Shown here in pieces: positions 1 to 9,504 of a stretch of DNA of 64,000 bases. The position numbers were made by a program, and so were the translations under genes. The stretch comes from an uncultured delta proteobacterium (GTDB lineage Bacteria > Desulfobacterota > Binatia > UBA9968), in the NCBI GenBank assembly GCA_963771465.1, contig CAVYTU010000006.1, positions 32,001 through 96,000 on the forward strand. The letters are read 5' to 3'. How positions within the stretch are numbered: the first letter of the stretch is position 1; each line of letters starts with the position of its first letter. The notes under the pieces are model-generated. The model saw only the letters and a list, made by a program, of their open reading frames with translations. It did not search any database and had not been told where the DNA came from.

Positions 1-2
1 TG

Positions 3-1526
3 ATCGATAATTCCTCCTATCCAACCGCGGAGATCACCGCCAATGCCCATGCGTTTCGTGAGCTCGGTTTGGGCTATGCCAATTTGGGCGCGCTCTTGAT
101 GACTTTGGGTTTGCCCTATGATTCCGACGCTGGGCGAGCCTACGCTAGCGCGGTGACGGCGTTAATGTCGGGTCAAGGATATCTCCAGTCGGCGCGCAAC
201 GCGGCGGCGACGGGAACTTTTGCCGGGTACGAACTTAACCGCCAGCCGATGCTCCGGGTGTTAAACAAACATCGCTCCCAGGCCTACAAAATTTCGCCGT
301 CCCATGTGCCCCTCGATCTACTCGCCGCGGCGCGCGAAGCTTGGGACCAAACCTGCGCGGAAGCGGAAAAATTTGGCGTCAAGAATTCGCAAATATCAGT
401 GCTCGCCCCCACCGGCACCATCGCTTTCATGATGGACTGCGACACCACCGGCGTCGAACCTGATATCGCGTTGATCAAATACAAAAAGTTGGTCGGCGGC
501 GGCATGCTCAAGATGATCAATAACACCGTGCCGCGCGCGCTTAAGCGTCTGGGCTACGACGTTAAGCAAAGCCAGGAGATCGTCGAGTACATTGAAGAGA
601 ACGACACCATCGAGGGTGCGCCGCATATTAAAGACGACGATCTGGCGGTGTTCGATTGCGCCTTCAAAGCGGAGAAGGGCAGCCGGACGATTCATTACAT
701 GGGCCACGTAAAAATGATGGGCGCGGTACAGCCGTTTATTTCCGGGGCGATTTCCAAGACCATCAATATGCCCACCGACGCCACGGTGGAAGAGATCATG
801 CACGCTTATATGGAGTCCTGGAAACTCGGGCTCAAAGCGATTGCTGTCTACCGTGACGGCTCCAAACGCACCCAGCCGCTCAATACTTCGAAGGATAAGG
901 AAGAAAAGAAAGCGACGGTGGCGGAGAGTAAAGATGCCCGAGTACTGCGGCGCAAGCTGCCGGATGAGCGGCGCTCGATCACGCACAAATTCGATATCGC
1001 CGGCCACGAAGGCTACATCATCGCCGGCATGTACGAAGACGGTCAACCGGGGGAAATTTTCATCACCATGTCGAAGGAAGGTTCGACGATCTCCGGTCTG
1101 ATGGATTCCTTCGCCACGGCGATTTCCATAGCGCTCCAATACGGTGTGCCGTTACAGGGATTGGTCGACAAGTTCAGCCACATGCGCTTCGAGCCCTCGG
1201 GCTTCACCAAGAATCCCGATATTCCGATGGCTAAGTCGATTATGGATTATATCTTCCGTTGGCTCGCCAGTAAATTTCTCGATGGCGACGCGCAGCAAGA
1301 AGCCGGCGTCGTGAGACATGATCCGGTGGAAGAAGTGGCGCAAAAGAAAGTCGTTTCGATCACCGCGCACGCGCCACGCGGCGGCGCGCCGGTGGCGAGC
1401 ATCAGCAGCATTACGAGCTTGTATCAACAAGACGCGCCGCCCTGTTCCGACTGCGGCGCGATCATGATCCGCAGCGGCGCTTGCTATAAATGCATGAACT
1501 GCGGCGCGGTGAGCGGCTGCTCGTAA
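3..1526 (+). CDS. nrdJ: Vitamin B12-dependent (class II) ribonucleotide reductase, 5'-truncated by the window edge, with C-terminal TSCPD-like domain and Cys-rich zinc ribbon
   Basis: Frame is open from nt 3 (IDNSSYP...RELGLGYANLG). Motifs APTGT, MDCDTTGVEP, ISKTIN, YRDGSK. C-terminal RRKLPDERRSITHKF domain and CSDCG...CYKCMNCGAVSGCS. Confidence 0.93.
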   Translation: MDNSSYPTAEITANAHAFRELGLGYANLGALLMTLGLPYDSDAGRAYASAVTALMSGQGYLQSARNAAATGTFAGYELNRQPMLRVLNKHRSQAYKISPSHVPLDLLAAAREAWDQTCAEAEKFGVKNSQISVLAPTGTIAFMMDCDTTGVEPDIALIKYKKLVGGGMLKMINNTVPRALKRLGYDVKQSQEIVEYIEENDTIEGAPHIKDDDLAVFDCAFKAEKGSRTIHYMGHVKMMGAVQPFISGAISKTINMPTDATVEEIMHAYMESWKLGLKAIAVYRDGSKRTQPLNTSKDKEEKKATVAESKDARVLRRKLPDERRSITHKFDIAGHEGYIIAGMYEDGQPGEIFITMSKEGSTISGLMDSFATAISIALQYGVPLQGLVDKFSHMRFEPSGFTKNPDIPMAKSIMDYIFRWLASKFLDGDAQQEAGVVRHDPVEEVAQKKVVSITAHAPRGGAPVASISSITSLYQQDAPPCSDCGAIMIRSGACYKCMNCGAVSGCS

Positions 1527-1555
1527 TTCAGGCTTTTCGAGTCATACCGAACAGT

Positions 1556-1590
1556 CAAACGGGCTGGTAGTTTTGCTACCAGCCCGTTTG
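1556..1590. terminator. Hairpin, probable bidirectional terminator between convergent genes
   Basis: Perfect 15-bp stem CAAACGGGCTGGTAG / CTACCAGCCCGTTTG with loop TTTTG. Confidence 0.8.
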
Positions 1591-1637
1591 TTCATCCAGA
1601 ATGCTCCCTCGTAGGTTTGACTGTCTTTAGCTTCTAG

Positions 1638-2978
1638 TCATTCCCCGCGGACATGGTCCAGAAGTTTGGCTATGTCATCAACGTTTTCCAAGTTCAGTAC
1701 GGTGTCGCGCACTTGTGCCGCTCTCTGTGGCGAGAGGCTCCCTTGGACGCAAGTCAAATACTTCGCTTCGAGATCCTCTCGGTTGCTGATACGGCGTGAA
1801 TGAGTGACTTCGGTGGAGTGGCTCTGTCCATTCTTCAGGTGGATCGTGAGCCGTTCTTTAGGCCTTCTTTCGACCGAGCCTCCCGGCGGCGGGACGATGC
1901 GAAGCCGGCGCATCAACGCTTGGACGTCCTGAGATCGCACCCGCTCGTGGGTCATTTGCCGAAGCCCCATCTGGCCATCGAGAAGAGCCACGGCCAGACA
2001 GTATTGTAGGCTGTACTGACCTTCGTGCGCATCAACGGCTTCGGCCCGCCTCAATGAAAACGAATGAAGATCGCACTCGATCCGGTCGACTTCCTCGGCC
2101 CGGATACCGTGCTTTTTCACCAGTTCCACTACCGCCTCGATCGGTCGGTGGGAAGGGCTACAACTAGGATATTCTTTGGTGATCGCGCCGCGCTCGAGCT
2201 CGTAACGCTTGCCCAAGTCGCGGGTGAGGGAATTCCAGTCTATCTCACCATCACCGCAAAACGCGTCGGCCATCCCTTGCGAGGTTTCTAAAATCGATTT
2301 TTCGGCGGTGAATCCACGCGCCGCCAGCGTGGCAGCCATCACGCCGTTGCGCGCAGCATTACCAGAAACCAAAGCCTTGGCCATCGTCCCCATGTTCGCG
2401 CGCAGGCCACAAGCCCCGTTCGCGGCAATGCCAAAGGCGGTTTTCATCTGCTCCAAGTTTAAGCCCACAACCACAGCGGCCGCAGCCGCAGCTCCCAAAG
2501 AACCATTCGTTCCCGTGTGGTGCCAGCCCCGATAGGTCGGGCCGGTTAACTTTTCGCGACCGGCATCGAAGGCCGCATCCAAACGCGAACAAACCTCTCG
2601 TCCTAAAACATAGGCTTGGAGTATTTTGGCGCCGGATAAGTGCGCCGGCTCACCAAGCGCGAGCGCCGCCGGTAGCGTTTGGGTGCTGTAGTGACCGCTG
2701 TCATCGTAGTCGAGCGCATGGGAAGCATGGCCATTGGCAAGCGCTGCAAGTAGCGGCGAGCTACGAAACCCTTGTCCAATAACCGTTGCGCGCGCGGCGG
2801 CTTCTTGGTCTTGCACCCAACGCGCCAATAATTTACAGCCAGGATCACGGGCGCCGGCGAGGATCACTCCAAATGTGTCCAGCATCATCAGCTTGGCATT
2901 TTGAAGAACCACGGCGGGAATATCTTCCAGTCCTGTGCGGACGACAAACTGGGCTAGCGCTTCGGTTGCTCCGTTCAT
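1638..2978 (-). CDS. MmgE/PrpD family protein
   Basis: LDTFGVILAG, AALANG..HALDYDD, RGWH, GNAARNG, KEYPSC..H, YSLQYCLAVAL. Confidence 0.9.
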   Translation of the reverse strand: MNGATEALAQFVVRTGLEDIPAVVLQNAKLMMLDTFGVILAGARDPGCKLLARWVQDQEAAARATVIGQGFRSSPLLAALANGHASHALDYDDSGHYSTQTLPAALALGEPAHLSGAKILQAYVLGREVCSRLDAAFDAGREKLTGPTYRGWHHTGTNGSLGAAAAAAVVVGLNLEQMKTAFGIAANGACGLRANMGTMAKALVSGNAARNGVMAATLAARGFTAEKSILETSQGMADAFCGDGEIDWNSLTRDLGKRYELERGAITKEYPSCSPSHRPIEAVVELVKKHGIRAEEVDRIECDLHSFSLRRAEAVDAHEGQYSLQYCLAVALLDGQMGLRQMTHERVRSQDVQALMRRLRIVPPPGGSVERRPKERLTIHLKNGQSHSTEVTHSRRISNREDLEAKYLTCVQGSLSPQRAAQVRDTVLNLENVDDIAKLLDHVRGE

Positions 2979-3070
2979 AATCGCTCCTTATTTCGCGGGA
3001 GAAAAAACTTGTGATCAGCCTGCGCTTACCACGGCAATTCAACGAATGTCAACGGAGTTCGCTTGCCGAC

Positions 3071-3342
3071 CAACTCAACGAAGCCCAAAGCGTTCTCAAC
3101 GCCGCGAGCGATCCCTACGCCGGCCTTTTATGGTTGGAGTTCTTATGCTCTCCGGTGGATCAAGCGATCGTAGATCAGTATGAGCCATATGGCGCATCTT
3201 ATCTCACCGCCGGCTCGGTCCAGGAAAAGATTGTGCGTGGATTGAAACTGTCTGTTGTCGACTGGGAGCTGTTACCAAGCTCGACGAATACCAAAAGAAA
3301 ATCACCGAGGCCTATGGTTTTCCCAGAGCCAATGCAAAATAA
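3071..3342 (+). pseudogene. C-terminal remnant of an extracellular solute-binding protein with a frameshift near 3272
   Basis: LNEAQSVLNAASDPYAGLLWLEF...LSVVDW, then in another frame TKLDEYQKKITEAYGFPRANAK*. Aligns by eye with the C-termini of 50038..51156 and 62463..63599. No N-terminal part present. Confidence 0.8.
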
Positions 3343-3356
3343 AATATTTGGGCAGC

Positions 3357-4391
3357 TCAACGAAGAAGGTTTTTCACCCGCTCGATAACCGTGCCAGTTT
3401 GATTCATCAGCTCTTTGATCAAAACCTGGAGATCCTCGCCGCTTGTGGGATCCACGTCCAGATTAAACTTTTTGGCTTCGGCTAGGAGTTCGGCATCCCG
3501 CAACGACCGCGCGTAAGCGTCGCGCAAAATTTTCACCTTGTCGGCGGGCGTTCCCGGTGGAGCGACCATTGGGCGGCCCAGATCGTCGCCGACTAGAAGG
3601 ACTTGCGCGACGCGACGGCTGACTTCCGGAGTCTTATGCTTGTCCATCAGCTCATAAATTGTCGGCACGTCCAGCGCCCTCGAGTCACGTTTCATCCCAC
3701 CCTGTAACAGATGGCGATCAAAACCGGTCTTGTCCCATGTTAAGAACGGTTCCCGGCTGAAATGCACGGCCATACGAGTGGTTCGACAAACAGCCTCGCC
3801 CTTTTCCACCGCGAGGGCTGCCTCGGTGCCGCCTTGATAGCCTGTAACCAACGCAAACTTCGCTCCCAAGGTCTCTTCCAATATCTTCGTCATGATATAC
3901 GTCAAATCGGTAGTTCCTGAATTGCTACACTTCGGCGGCTCCTTGGCTTTCATGATGCTCTCAATGGACTTGTGCGGCGAATCGGCTCGAATGTAGTGCA
4001 TCATCGGGTCTTTTTCCTGCGTCCCAATCCAGTTGAAGTTCACCATCTTGAACTGCGCCTCTTTTCGTCCCACCAACTCGTCTAAGTACAAGTTGTTTTG
4101 GAACATGCCGACGGTCAAGCCGTCGGGCTTGGCCACCGTATAAAGATAATTAGCCGCCACCATCGAGCCGGCACCCGGCATATTCTGAACCAGCATGTTG
4201 GGGTTGCCGGGGATATATTTTGGCATGGTACGCGCAAACATACGCGCCCAGTGATCGTAGGTGCCTCCGGTCGTAGTGCCCGCGACAATCCGTATCGTTT
4301 TGTCCTGATAGAAAGGCGCTCTCTGCCCATTGGCAGTCGAGTACGGCAGCAAAAAAATCAGCCAGAAGGCAACCAGGCTCTTATGTGCCAT
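3357..4391 (-). CDS. Tripartite tricarboxylate transporter substrate-binding protein (Bug/TctC family)
   Basis: Signal peptide; FYQDKTIRIVAG..GGTYD, NMPGAGS, AKPDGLT, GYQGG, PPGTPADKV. Confidence 0.9.
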   Translation of the reverse strand: MAHKSLVAFWLIFLLPYSTANGQRAPFYQDKTIRIVAGTTTGGTYDHWARMFARTMPKYIPGNPNMLVQNMPGAGSMVAANYLYTVAKPDGLTVGMFQNNLYLDELVGRKEAQFKMVNFNWIGTQEKDPMMHYIRADSPHKSIESIMKAKEPPKCSNSGTTDLTYIMTKILEETLGAKFALVTGYQGGTEAALAVEKGEAVCRTTRMAVHFSREPFLTWDKTGFDRHLLQGGMKRDSRALDVPTIYELMDKHKTPEVSRRVAQVLLVGDDLGRPMVAPPGTPADKVKILRDAYARSLRDAELLAEAKKFNLDVDPTSGEDLQVLIKELMNQTGTVIERVKNLLR

Positions 4392-4598
4392 CGTTTTTCT
4401 CCCCGAGGGCTGGAAACATGTCCAATGGCGAAAGCTGCTAACCTATCTGCGGCGTAAGTCCCAGCGAAAATTTTTTTTTCACGAATTTAGTTTCCGTGTC
4501 GCTGTTGCGCTCCTTTTTCGCCGAGAGCGACGATTAAGACTGGACAATAGCTGTAATGATCCGGTGTTCGGCGTTGAAAAACTTGCTGCCAGCGGCGG

Positions 4599-5204
4599 CT
4601 ATTTTTTCTCCAGGTGCAACATGCCCTTTTGCGTGTCGATGTCCATGCGAAAGTTGCTTAAGAAATTCAAACCCAGAAGGCCGGCGGCTGTGGCTTCCGG
4701 TGTGGTGTCATGGACCGCGGCGGTAAGATTCTTGATCTCCATGCCGCCGACCGTGATCGAATCGAGCGTGGTGAGCGGCGCTTCGACGACGCCGTTGGCA
4801 GTGTGAAAGGGAGCGGTTTTGAGGTTGCGACTAACATCGATGTTGAGCTCGCGGGCGAGCGCTTGGGAGATAAAGGTATAACTGGCGCCGGTATCGACGA
4901 CCAGCTTGGTGATCTGGCGATTGTTCAAGGTCACCGGGACGATCACGATGTTGCCGTGTCGTTCAATCGGGATGGAAGCCTTGCGCAGCGCTGGCGCCGC
5001 GACCTTGATGTCGGGCTCGGCCATGCGCGGATTTTCTTTGGCTTGAATTCGGTTGGCGCCCTCGCGTTTCGTTGGCGGGACGTTGTGAAGGTTATCAGTG
5101 ATGTGCAGCACTCCGCTGTCATCGACCCAGCGGTAGTATTCCGCGGCAAAGACCGGATTGGCGGTGAGCCAGATGGCTAGGATCAAACCTCGCACGGGAT
5201 TCAT
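4599..5204 (-). CDS. Exported retropepsin-like (clan AA) aspartyl protease with N-terminal DUF4124-like domain
   Basis: Signal peptide from MNPVRGL (start placed at 5204); YYRWVDDSGVLHITD; LVVDTGAS catalytic motif; GLLGLNFL. Confidence 0.85.
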   Translation of the reverse strand: MNPVRGLILAIWLTANPVFAAEYYRWVDDSGVLHITDNLHNVPPTKREGANRIQAKENPRMAEPDIKVAAPALRKASIPIERHGNIVIVPVTLNNRQITKLVVDTGASYTFISQALARELNIDVSRNLKTAPFHTANGVVEAPLTTLDSITVGGMEIKNLTAAVHDTTPEATAAGLLGLNFLSNFRMDIDTQKGMLHLEKK

Positions 5205-5386
5205 GGTTGCAATCAATTTACCATGCTTGCCGGTTCGGTGAAACAAACTTATTGCTGGCGGTTCGGCGCTGCAGGTTTGAAGTTGGATTTCCGGAAGAGG
5301 AAAAGGCGGGTAATGTTGTCGTTTTTCCCCTAGACGGAGCGCCAAAGACGCTGGCCGACCTTGGTCGCGAGCGGTCGCTGCTATTG

Positions 5387-5680
5387 CTATCCGGCGACCT
5401 CATAGGTTTTCACTTCCACTTTCGCTACGTTCATCAGCGCGCGCGTATGTTGTTGGATCGTGCGATGGGCGTCGCTGGCGCGATAGCGATCGATCGCTTC
5501 CTGGTTGTCCCAGGTGCTAAGCGAAACAAATTCACCAGGACTTTCCCGGCTGCGCAAAAAGTGCTCGCTCTTACAGCCCGGCTGCTCGATCAATAGCGCG
5601 CCGCAGTCTTCCTTCCACAGCCGTTCAGCCTCAGCGATTTTATCGGGCGGCACCTTAACGAGAATCATTCGGGTAATCAT
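5387..5680 (-). CDS. Antibiotic biosynthesis monooxygenase (ABM) family protein
   Basis: 97 aa; QPGC, FVSLSTWD..EAI..Y..SDAH pattern; GGAGG RBS. Confidence 0.8.
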   Translation of the reverse strand: MITRMILVKVPPDKIAEAERLWKEDCGALLIEQPGCKSEHFLRSRESPGEFVSLSTWDNQEAIDRYRASDAHRTIQQHTRALMNVAKVEVKTYEVAG

Positions 5681-6009
5681 GGATGTTCCTCCTTATTGGC
5701 AAATTTGGCTAACCTTTGAAATTCAACACCATACTCTGGGCCAGCATACGGGTATTTCATCGACTTCGGTTTAATGACTCTAATATCGGGCCGTTTGTGA
5801 GCCAGCTTCGCCAAGAGCTTGAAAGTTTTTTCCCGTTCCGCTGGCAAAGACTCTGCATCATAGATAACGAGAGCGAAGTATTGAACATGGAGTCTCCGCT
5901 TGGCCTCGGCTGGAGCAGTCACGGCTTCGGTCACCAGCTCGTGGGACAGTCGAGTTGCTAGTGTGTTGCGAATAACCGCGTCTTTCGCAATGACTGGAAC
6001 ATGGCTCAT
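5677..6009 (-). CDS. Hypothetical protein, possibly a degenerate receiver-like domain
   Basis: RBS AAGGA; ATGA overlap with the ABM gene; VIAKD...FALVIYD...PDIRVI pattern. Confidence 0.55.
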   Translation of the reverse strand: MSHVPVIAKDAVIRNTLATRLSHELVTEAVTAPAEAKRRLHVQYFALVIYDAESLPAEREKTFKLLAKLAHKRPDIRVIKPKSMKYPYAGPEYGVEFQRLAKFANKEEHP

Positions 6010-6121
6010 ACGAGTTTCCTTTTAGAGCTATTGCGCCTTATGTTTCAAGAGCCCGTGTTCCTATCGTTTGGGACGATCCGCCATGTTGTCTAATGCCCGC
6101 ACTTCAAGATGAATTTGCATA

Positions 6122-6149
6122 TTGACACCTGCAAGGCCGGTGCTAGCGT
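6122..6149 (+). promoter_or_regulatory. Candidate sigma70 promoter
   Basis: TTGACA-16 nt-TAGCGT with TGn extension, upstream of the 6231 gene. Confidence 0.45.
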
Positions 6150-6230
6150 TTTAGACGGTAGAGGATAACTGTTCGAGCGGCTGTTGCGGTGCTGTGAACG
6201 GGGCCATCATTAGCCCTGGAAGGAGTGTTT

Positions 6231-6755
6231 ATGGCGCTTCAATCTCACACCACGAGCGCGCCCGCCGTGGTTTCTGAACCTTCAGAGTTTTCTGGCGTAT
6301 ACGTTGAAGGAGTTGTCGCCGGTCTTATCGGCGCGGCAACGATTGCCATATGGTTTTTCATTCTCGATCTCTATAACGGCAAACCCTTTTATACGCCCAA
6401 CGTTTTGGGGGCCGCGTTGTCTCTGTCCGGAACCATCCCTGATCCTGCGACGGCGCCTATCTCAATGGAGTTAGTTGTGTTCTATACATGGATTCACGCG
6501 TTGATATTCTGCGCGATTGGCGGGTTGGCCGCGAAACTTCTCGCGCTGGCGGAGCGTGATCTTAACTTTGGCTTCGGCATCCTGCTTCTTCTCGTCGTCT
6601 TTGAATTTGGCTTTATCGCCGCAGCGATGGTGTTCGCAGAACCGGTACTGCGGGCGTTGGCATGGCCAGCGGTCCTGTTGGGCAATTTGCTGGCGGCGGG
6701 CGCGATGGCAGTCTACTTTTGGCGCCACCATCCCAAGCTGGCGATCGCACCGTGA
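6231..6755 (+). CDS. Hypothetical integral membrane protein (about 4 TM segments)
   Basis: AAGGAG RBS; several long hydrophobic segments (EGVVAGLIGAATIAIWFFILD...). Confidence 0.75.
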   Translation: MALQSHTTSAPAVVSEPSEFSGVYVEGVVAGLIGAATIAIWFFILDLYNGKPFYTPNVLGAALSLSGTIPDPATAPISMELVVFYTWIHALIFCAIGGLAAKLLALAERDLNFGFGILLLLVVFEFGFIAAAMVFAEPVLRALAWPAVLLGNLLAAGAMAVYFWRHHPKLAIAP

Positions 6756-6967
6756 GAATCAAGCCGATCGAGTGCGGGTCCAGCCGTTGATGGGCAAGGT
6801 CGGCATCAGCACCACCGCGCCAGGCTACCGCTACGCGTTGCATGTAGATGCCGGGTCGACCAGGAGCGGCTCTCGGGTTTAAGCACCAGTTATTCACCGG
6901 GTAAGCTTACGTTTTGATCCCGACTCTGATGTGTCATTGTGGTTGGTGCGACAAATTTAACACCGCC

Positions 6968-6996
6968 TTTACATATCAATATCCGTATGGTACAAA
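6968..6996 (+). promoter_or_regulatory. Candidate sigma70 promoter of rpsO-pnp
   Basis: TTTACA-17 nt-TACAAA with TGn extension, about 40 nt before rpsO. Confidence 0.45.
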
Positions 6997-7038
6997 ATCA
7001 CTCAACTAAAAACGAAAGAGAGAAGCAGAGCGGAGATT

Positions 7039-7308
7039 ATGGGAATTGCTGAACCGCAGAAAAAAAGTGTAGTCGAGCAGTTCAGAGTCCATCAGACGGA
7101 CACCGGCTCTCCCGAAGTGCAAGTTGCGCTATTAAGCCAGCGCATCGATCATCTCACCGGGCACTTCAAAGTTCATGTTAAGGATCACCATTCTCGTCGT
7201 GGCCTCCTGATGCTAGTAGGGCAAAGGAGAAGGCTTTTGGATTATTTGCGGGATAACGATTTTGCCCGCTACGAAAGCCTCATCCAACGACTTGGAATAC
7301 GTAAGTAG
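7039..7308 (+). CDS. rpsO: 30S ribosomal protein S15
   Basis: [35 protein letters not shown]; 89 aa; upstream of pnp. Confidence 0.98.
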   Translation: MGIAEPQKKSVVEQFRVHQTDTGSPEVQVALLSQRIDHLTGHFKVHVKDHHSRRGLLMLVGQRRRLLDYLRDNDFARYESLIQRLGIRK

Positions 7309-7375
7309 TTATTCCACGCCGGCCCGCCGTTTCCACAGCTCCGTCAAACCCCCTCTTGCTACCGAGGATTGTTCT

Positions 7376-9478
7376 ATGATGAAGAAAGTCGAAATAGATT
7401 TTCATGGCAGACCCTTGTCCATCGAAGTTGGCCGGATGGCCAAACAGGCTGACGGCGCCGCGTTAGTCACGTATGGTGAGACCGTAGTTTTGGTCACCGC
7501 GGTGGCGGCCAAAGATTTAAAAATGGACATGGATTTTTTTCCCCTGACGGTGGATTACCAGGAAAAAACTTTTGCCGCCGGCAAGATTCCCGGCGGCTTT
7601 TTTAAGCGCGAGGGACGGCCGTCGGAAAAGGAAATTCTTACCTGCCGGCTGATCGACCGTTCGATTCGCCCGCTATTCGCGGATGGGCTGCGCTGTGAGA
7701 CCCAAGTGATTGCCACCGTGCTTTCAGCCGACCGGGAGAACGATCCCGATGTCGTCGCCATGTTGGGCACCTCGGTGGCGCTGCACATTTCGGACATTCC
7801 CTTCAACGGCCCGTTGGCCGGTGTGCGTATCGGTCGGATCAACGGCAAATGGGTAATGAATCCGACCCAAGACCAGCTCCAGGAGAGCGATACCGATATT
7901 TTTCTCTCCGGCAGCAAGGATGCCATCGTCATGGTCGAGGGCGGCGCGCAGATCGTCCCCGAAGCGGAGATTCTAGAAGCGCTGTTTGCCGGTCATGATG
8001 CAATCCAGCCGTTGCTGCAAATCCAAGAAGATTTGCGCCGCGAGTTCGGCAAAGCCAAGAGGCATGTGCCGTTGGCTGTGCTCGATGAAAAGATCGTCCG
8101 ACGGATCGATGACTTGGCCGCGGCCAAACTCAAGCAGGCCTTGGAAATCCCGGAAAAACTCGAACGCTACAAGCGGATCGCCGAAGTCAAAAGCGAAGTG
8201 GTACCGCAAGCGCTGGCCGAGTTCCCCGACAAGCAAAAAGATATTAAGGGCGCCTTCGAAGAGCTTAAGAAAAATGTCTTTCGCGGTCTGGTAATTCATC
8301 AGGAGCGGCGCATCGACGGGCGAGGTCTGAAAGACATTCGGCCGATCACCTGCGAGGTCGAAATTTTGCCGCGCACTCACGGCTCGGCGCTGTTTACCCG
8401 CGGCGAGACTCAGGCCTTGGTCGTTGCAACTCTAGGGACGGCTTCCGACGAGCAGCGTGTCGATGCTCTGATCGGCGAGCATTTCAAGAAATTCATGCTG
8501 CACTATAATTTCCCGCCGTTCAGCGTCGGCGAAGTTAAGTTTCTCCGCGGTCCAGGCCGGCGCGAGATCGGCCATGGTAATTTGGCTGAGCGCGCGCTGA
8601 TTCCCGTTCTGCCGATGGACGAGAGCTTTCCTTACACCATCCGTATCGTTTCAGAAATCTTGGAGTCCAACGGCTCAACCTCGATGGCGAGCGTGTGCGG
8701 TGGTTCTTTATCGCTGATGGATGCGGGTGTGCCGGTGAAAGCGCCGGTCGCCGGCATTGCGATGGGGTTGATCAAAGAAGGCGAACATGTGCGCGTGCTC
8801 TCCGATATTCTCGGCGACGAGGATCATTTAGGTGACATGGATTTCAAAGTGGCGGGGACGGCCGAAGGCGTCACGTCATTGCAAATGGACATCAAGGTCA
8901 GCGGCGTCAATCGTGAGATCATGGGCCAGGCGCTGCATCAGGCCAAGGAAGGCCGCATGCATATCCTCGGCATCATGAACCAGACGATGAGCAAGTCGCG
9001 CGCTGATGTTTCCGGCCACGCGCCGCGCATCATCACGATTCATGTCAAACCAGAAAAGATCCGCGAAATCATCGGCCCGGGTGGCAAAGTGATCCGTGGC
9101 ATCATCGAAGCGACCGGTGTCAAGATGGACGTCGAAGACGACGGCAGCGTGACCATCGCTTCGGTCGACGAAGCGGCTGCGAAGAAAGCGATCGAGATGG
9201 TTCAGGCGATCATCGCCGAAGCTGAGATCGGCAAGATTTACAAAGGCACGGTGCGTAAGATCGTCGAGTTCGGCGCCTTCGTCGAAATCATGCCGGGCAC
9301 CGACGGCTTGGTGCATATATCTCAACTCGCGCCCGGGCGCGTGAACAAAGTGACCGACGTGCTTAAAGAGGGCGATGAGGTGATGGTTAAAGTTCTTGAA
9401 ATCGACAGGCAGGGCAAGATTCGCTTGAGCCGCAAGGAAGCGCTGCAAGAAGCCAGCGGCGGTTCGGACGCGCTCTAA
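7376..9478 (+). CDS. pnp: Polyribonucleotide nucleotidyltransferase (PNPase)
   Basis: [49 protein letters not shown] and S1 domains; start at MMKK after a GAGGA RBS. Confidence 0.98.
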   Translation: MMKKVEIDFHGRPLSIEVGRMAKQADGAALVTYGETVVLVTAVAAKDLKMDMDFFPLTVDYQEKTFAAGKIPGGFFKREGRPSEKEILTCRLIDRSIRPLFADGLRCETQVIATVLSADRENDPDVVAMLGTSVALHISDIPFNGPLAGVRIGRINGKWVMNPTQDQLQESDTDIFLSGSKDAIVMVEGGAQIVPEAEILEALFAGHDAIQPLLQIQEDLRREFGKAKRHVPLAVLDEKIVRRIDDLAAAKLKQALEIPEKLERYKRIAEVKSEVVPQALAEFPDKQKDIKGAFEELKKNVFRGLVIHQERRIDGRGLKDIRPITCEVEILPRTHGSALFTRGETQALVVATLGTASDEQRVDALIGEHFKKFMLHYNFPPFSVGEVKFLRGPGRREIGHGNLAERALIPVLPMDESFPYTIRIVSEILESNGSTSMASVCGGSLSLMDAGVPVKAPVAGIAMGLIKEGEHVRVLSDILGDEDHLGDMDFKVAGTAEGVTSLQMDIKVSGVNREIMGQALHQAKEGRMHILGIMNQTMSKSRADVSGHAPRIITIHVKPEKIREIIGPGGKVIRGIIEATGVKMDVEDDGSVTIASVDEAAAKKAIEMVQAIIAEAEIGKIYKGTVRKIVEFGAFVEIMPGTDGLVHISQLAPGRVNKVTDVLKEGDEVMVKVLEIDRQGKIRLSRKEALQEASGGSDAL

Positions 9479-9504
9479 GCGTAATTGCGCAAGTTAGCGA
9501 TTCC

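Noticed and set aside
7262-7375. N-terminal extensions of pnp, and similarly purL 13474, gntR 31525, protease 5345 and cupin 34741
   Set aside because: They overlap neighbouring genes or promoters; family-like sequence and RBS begin at the downstream starts used
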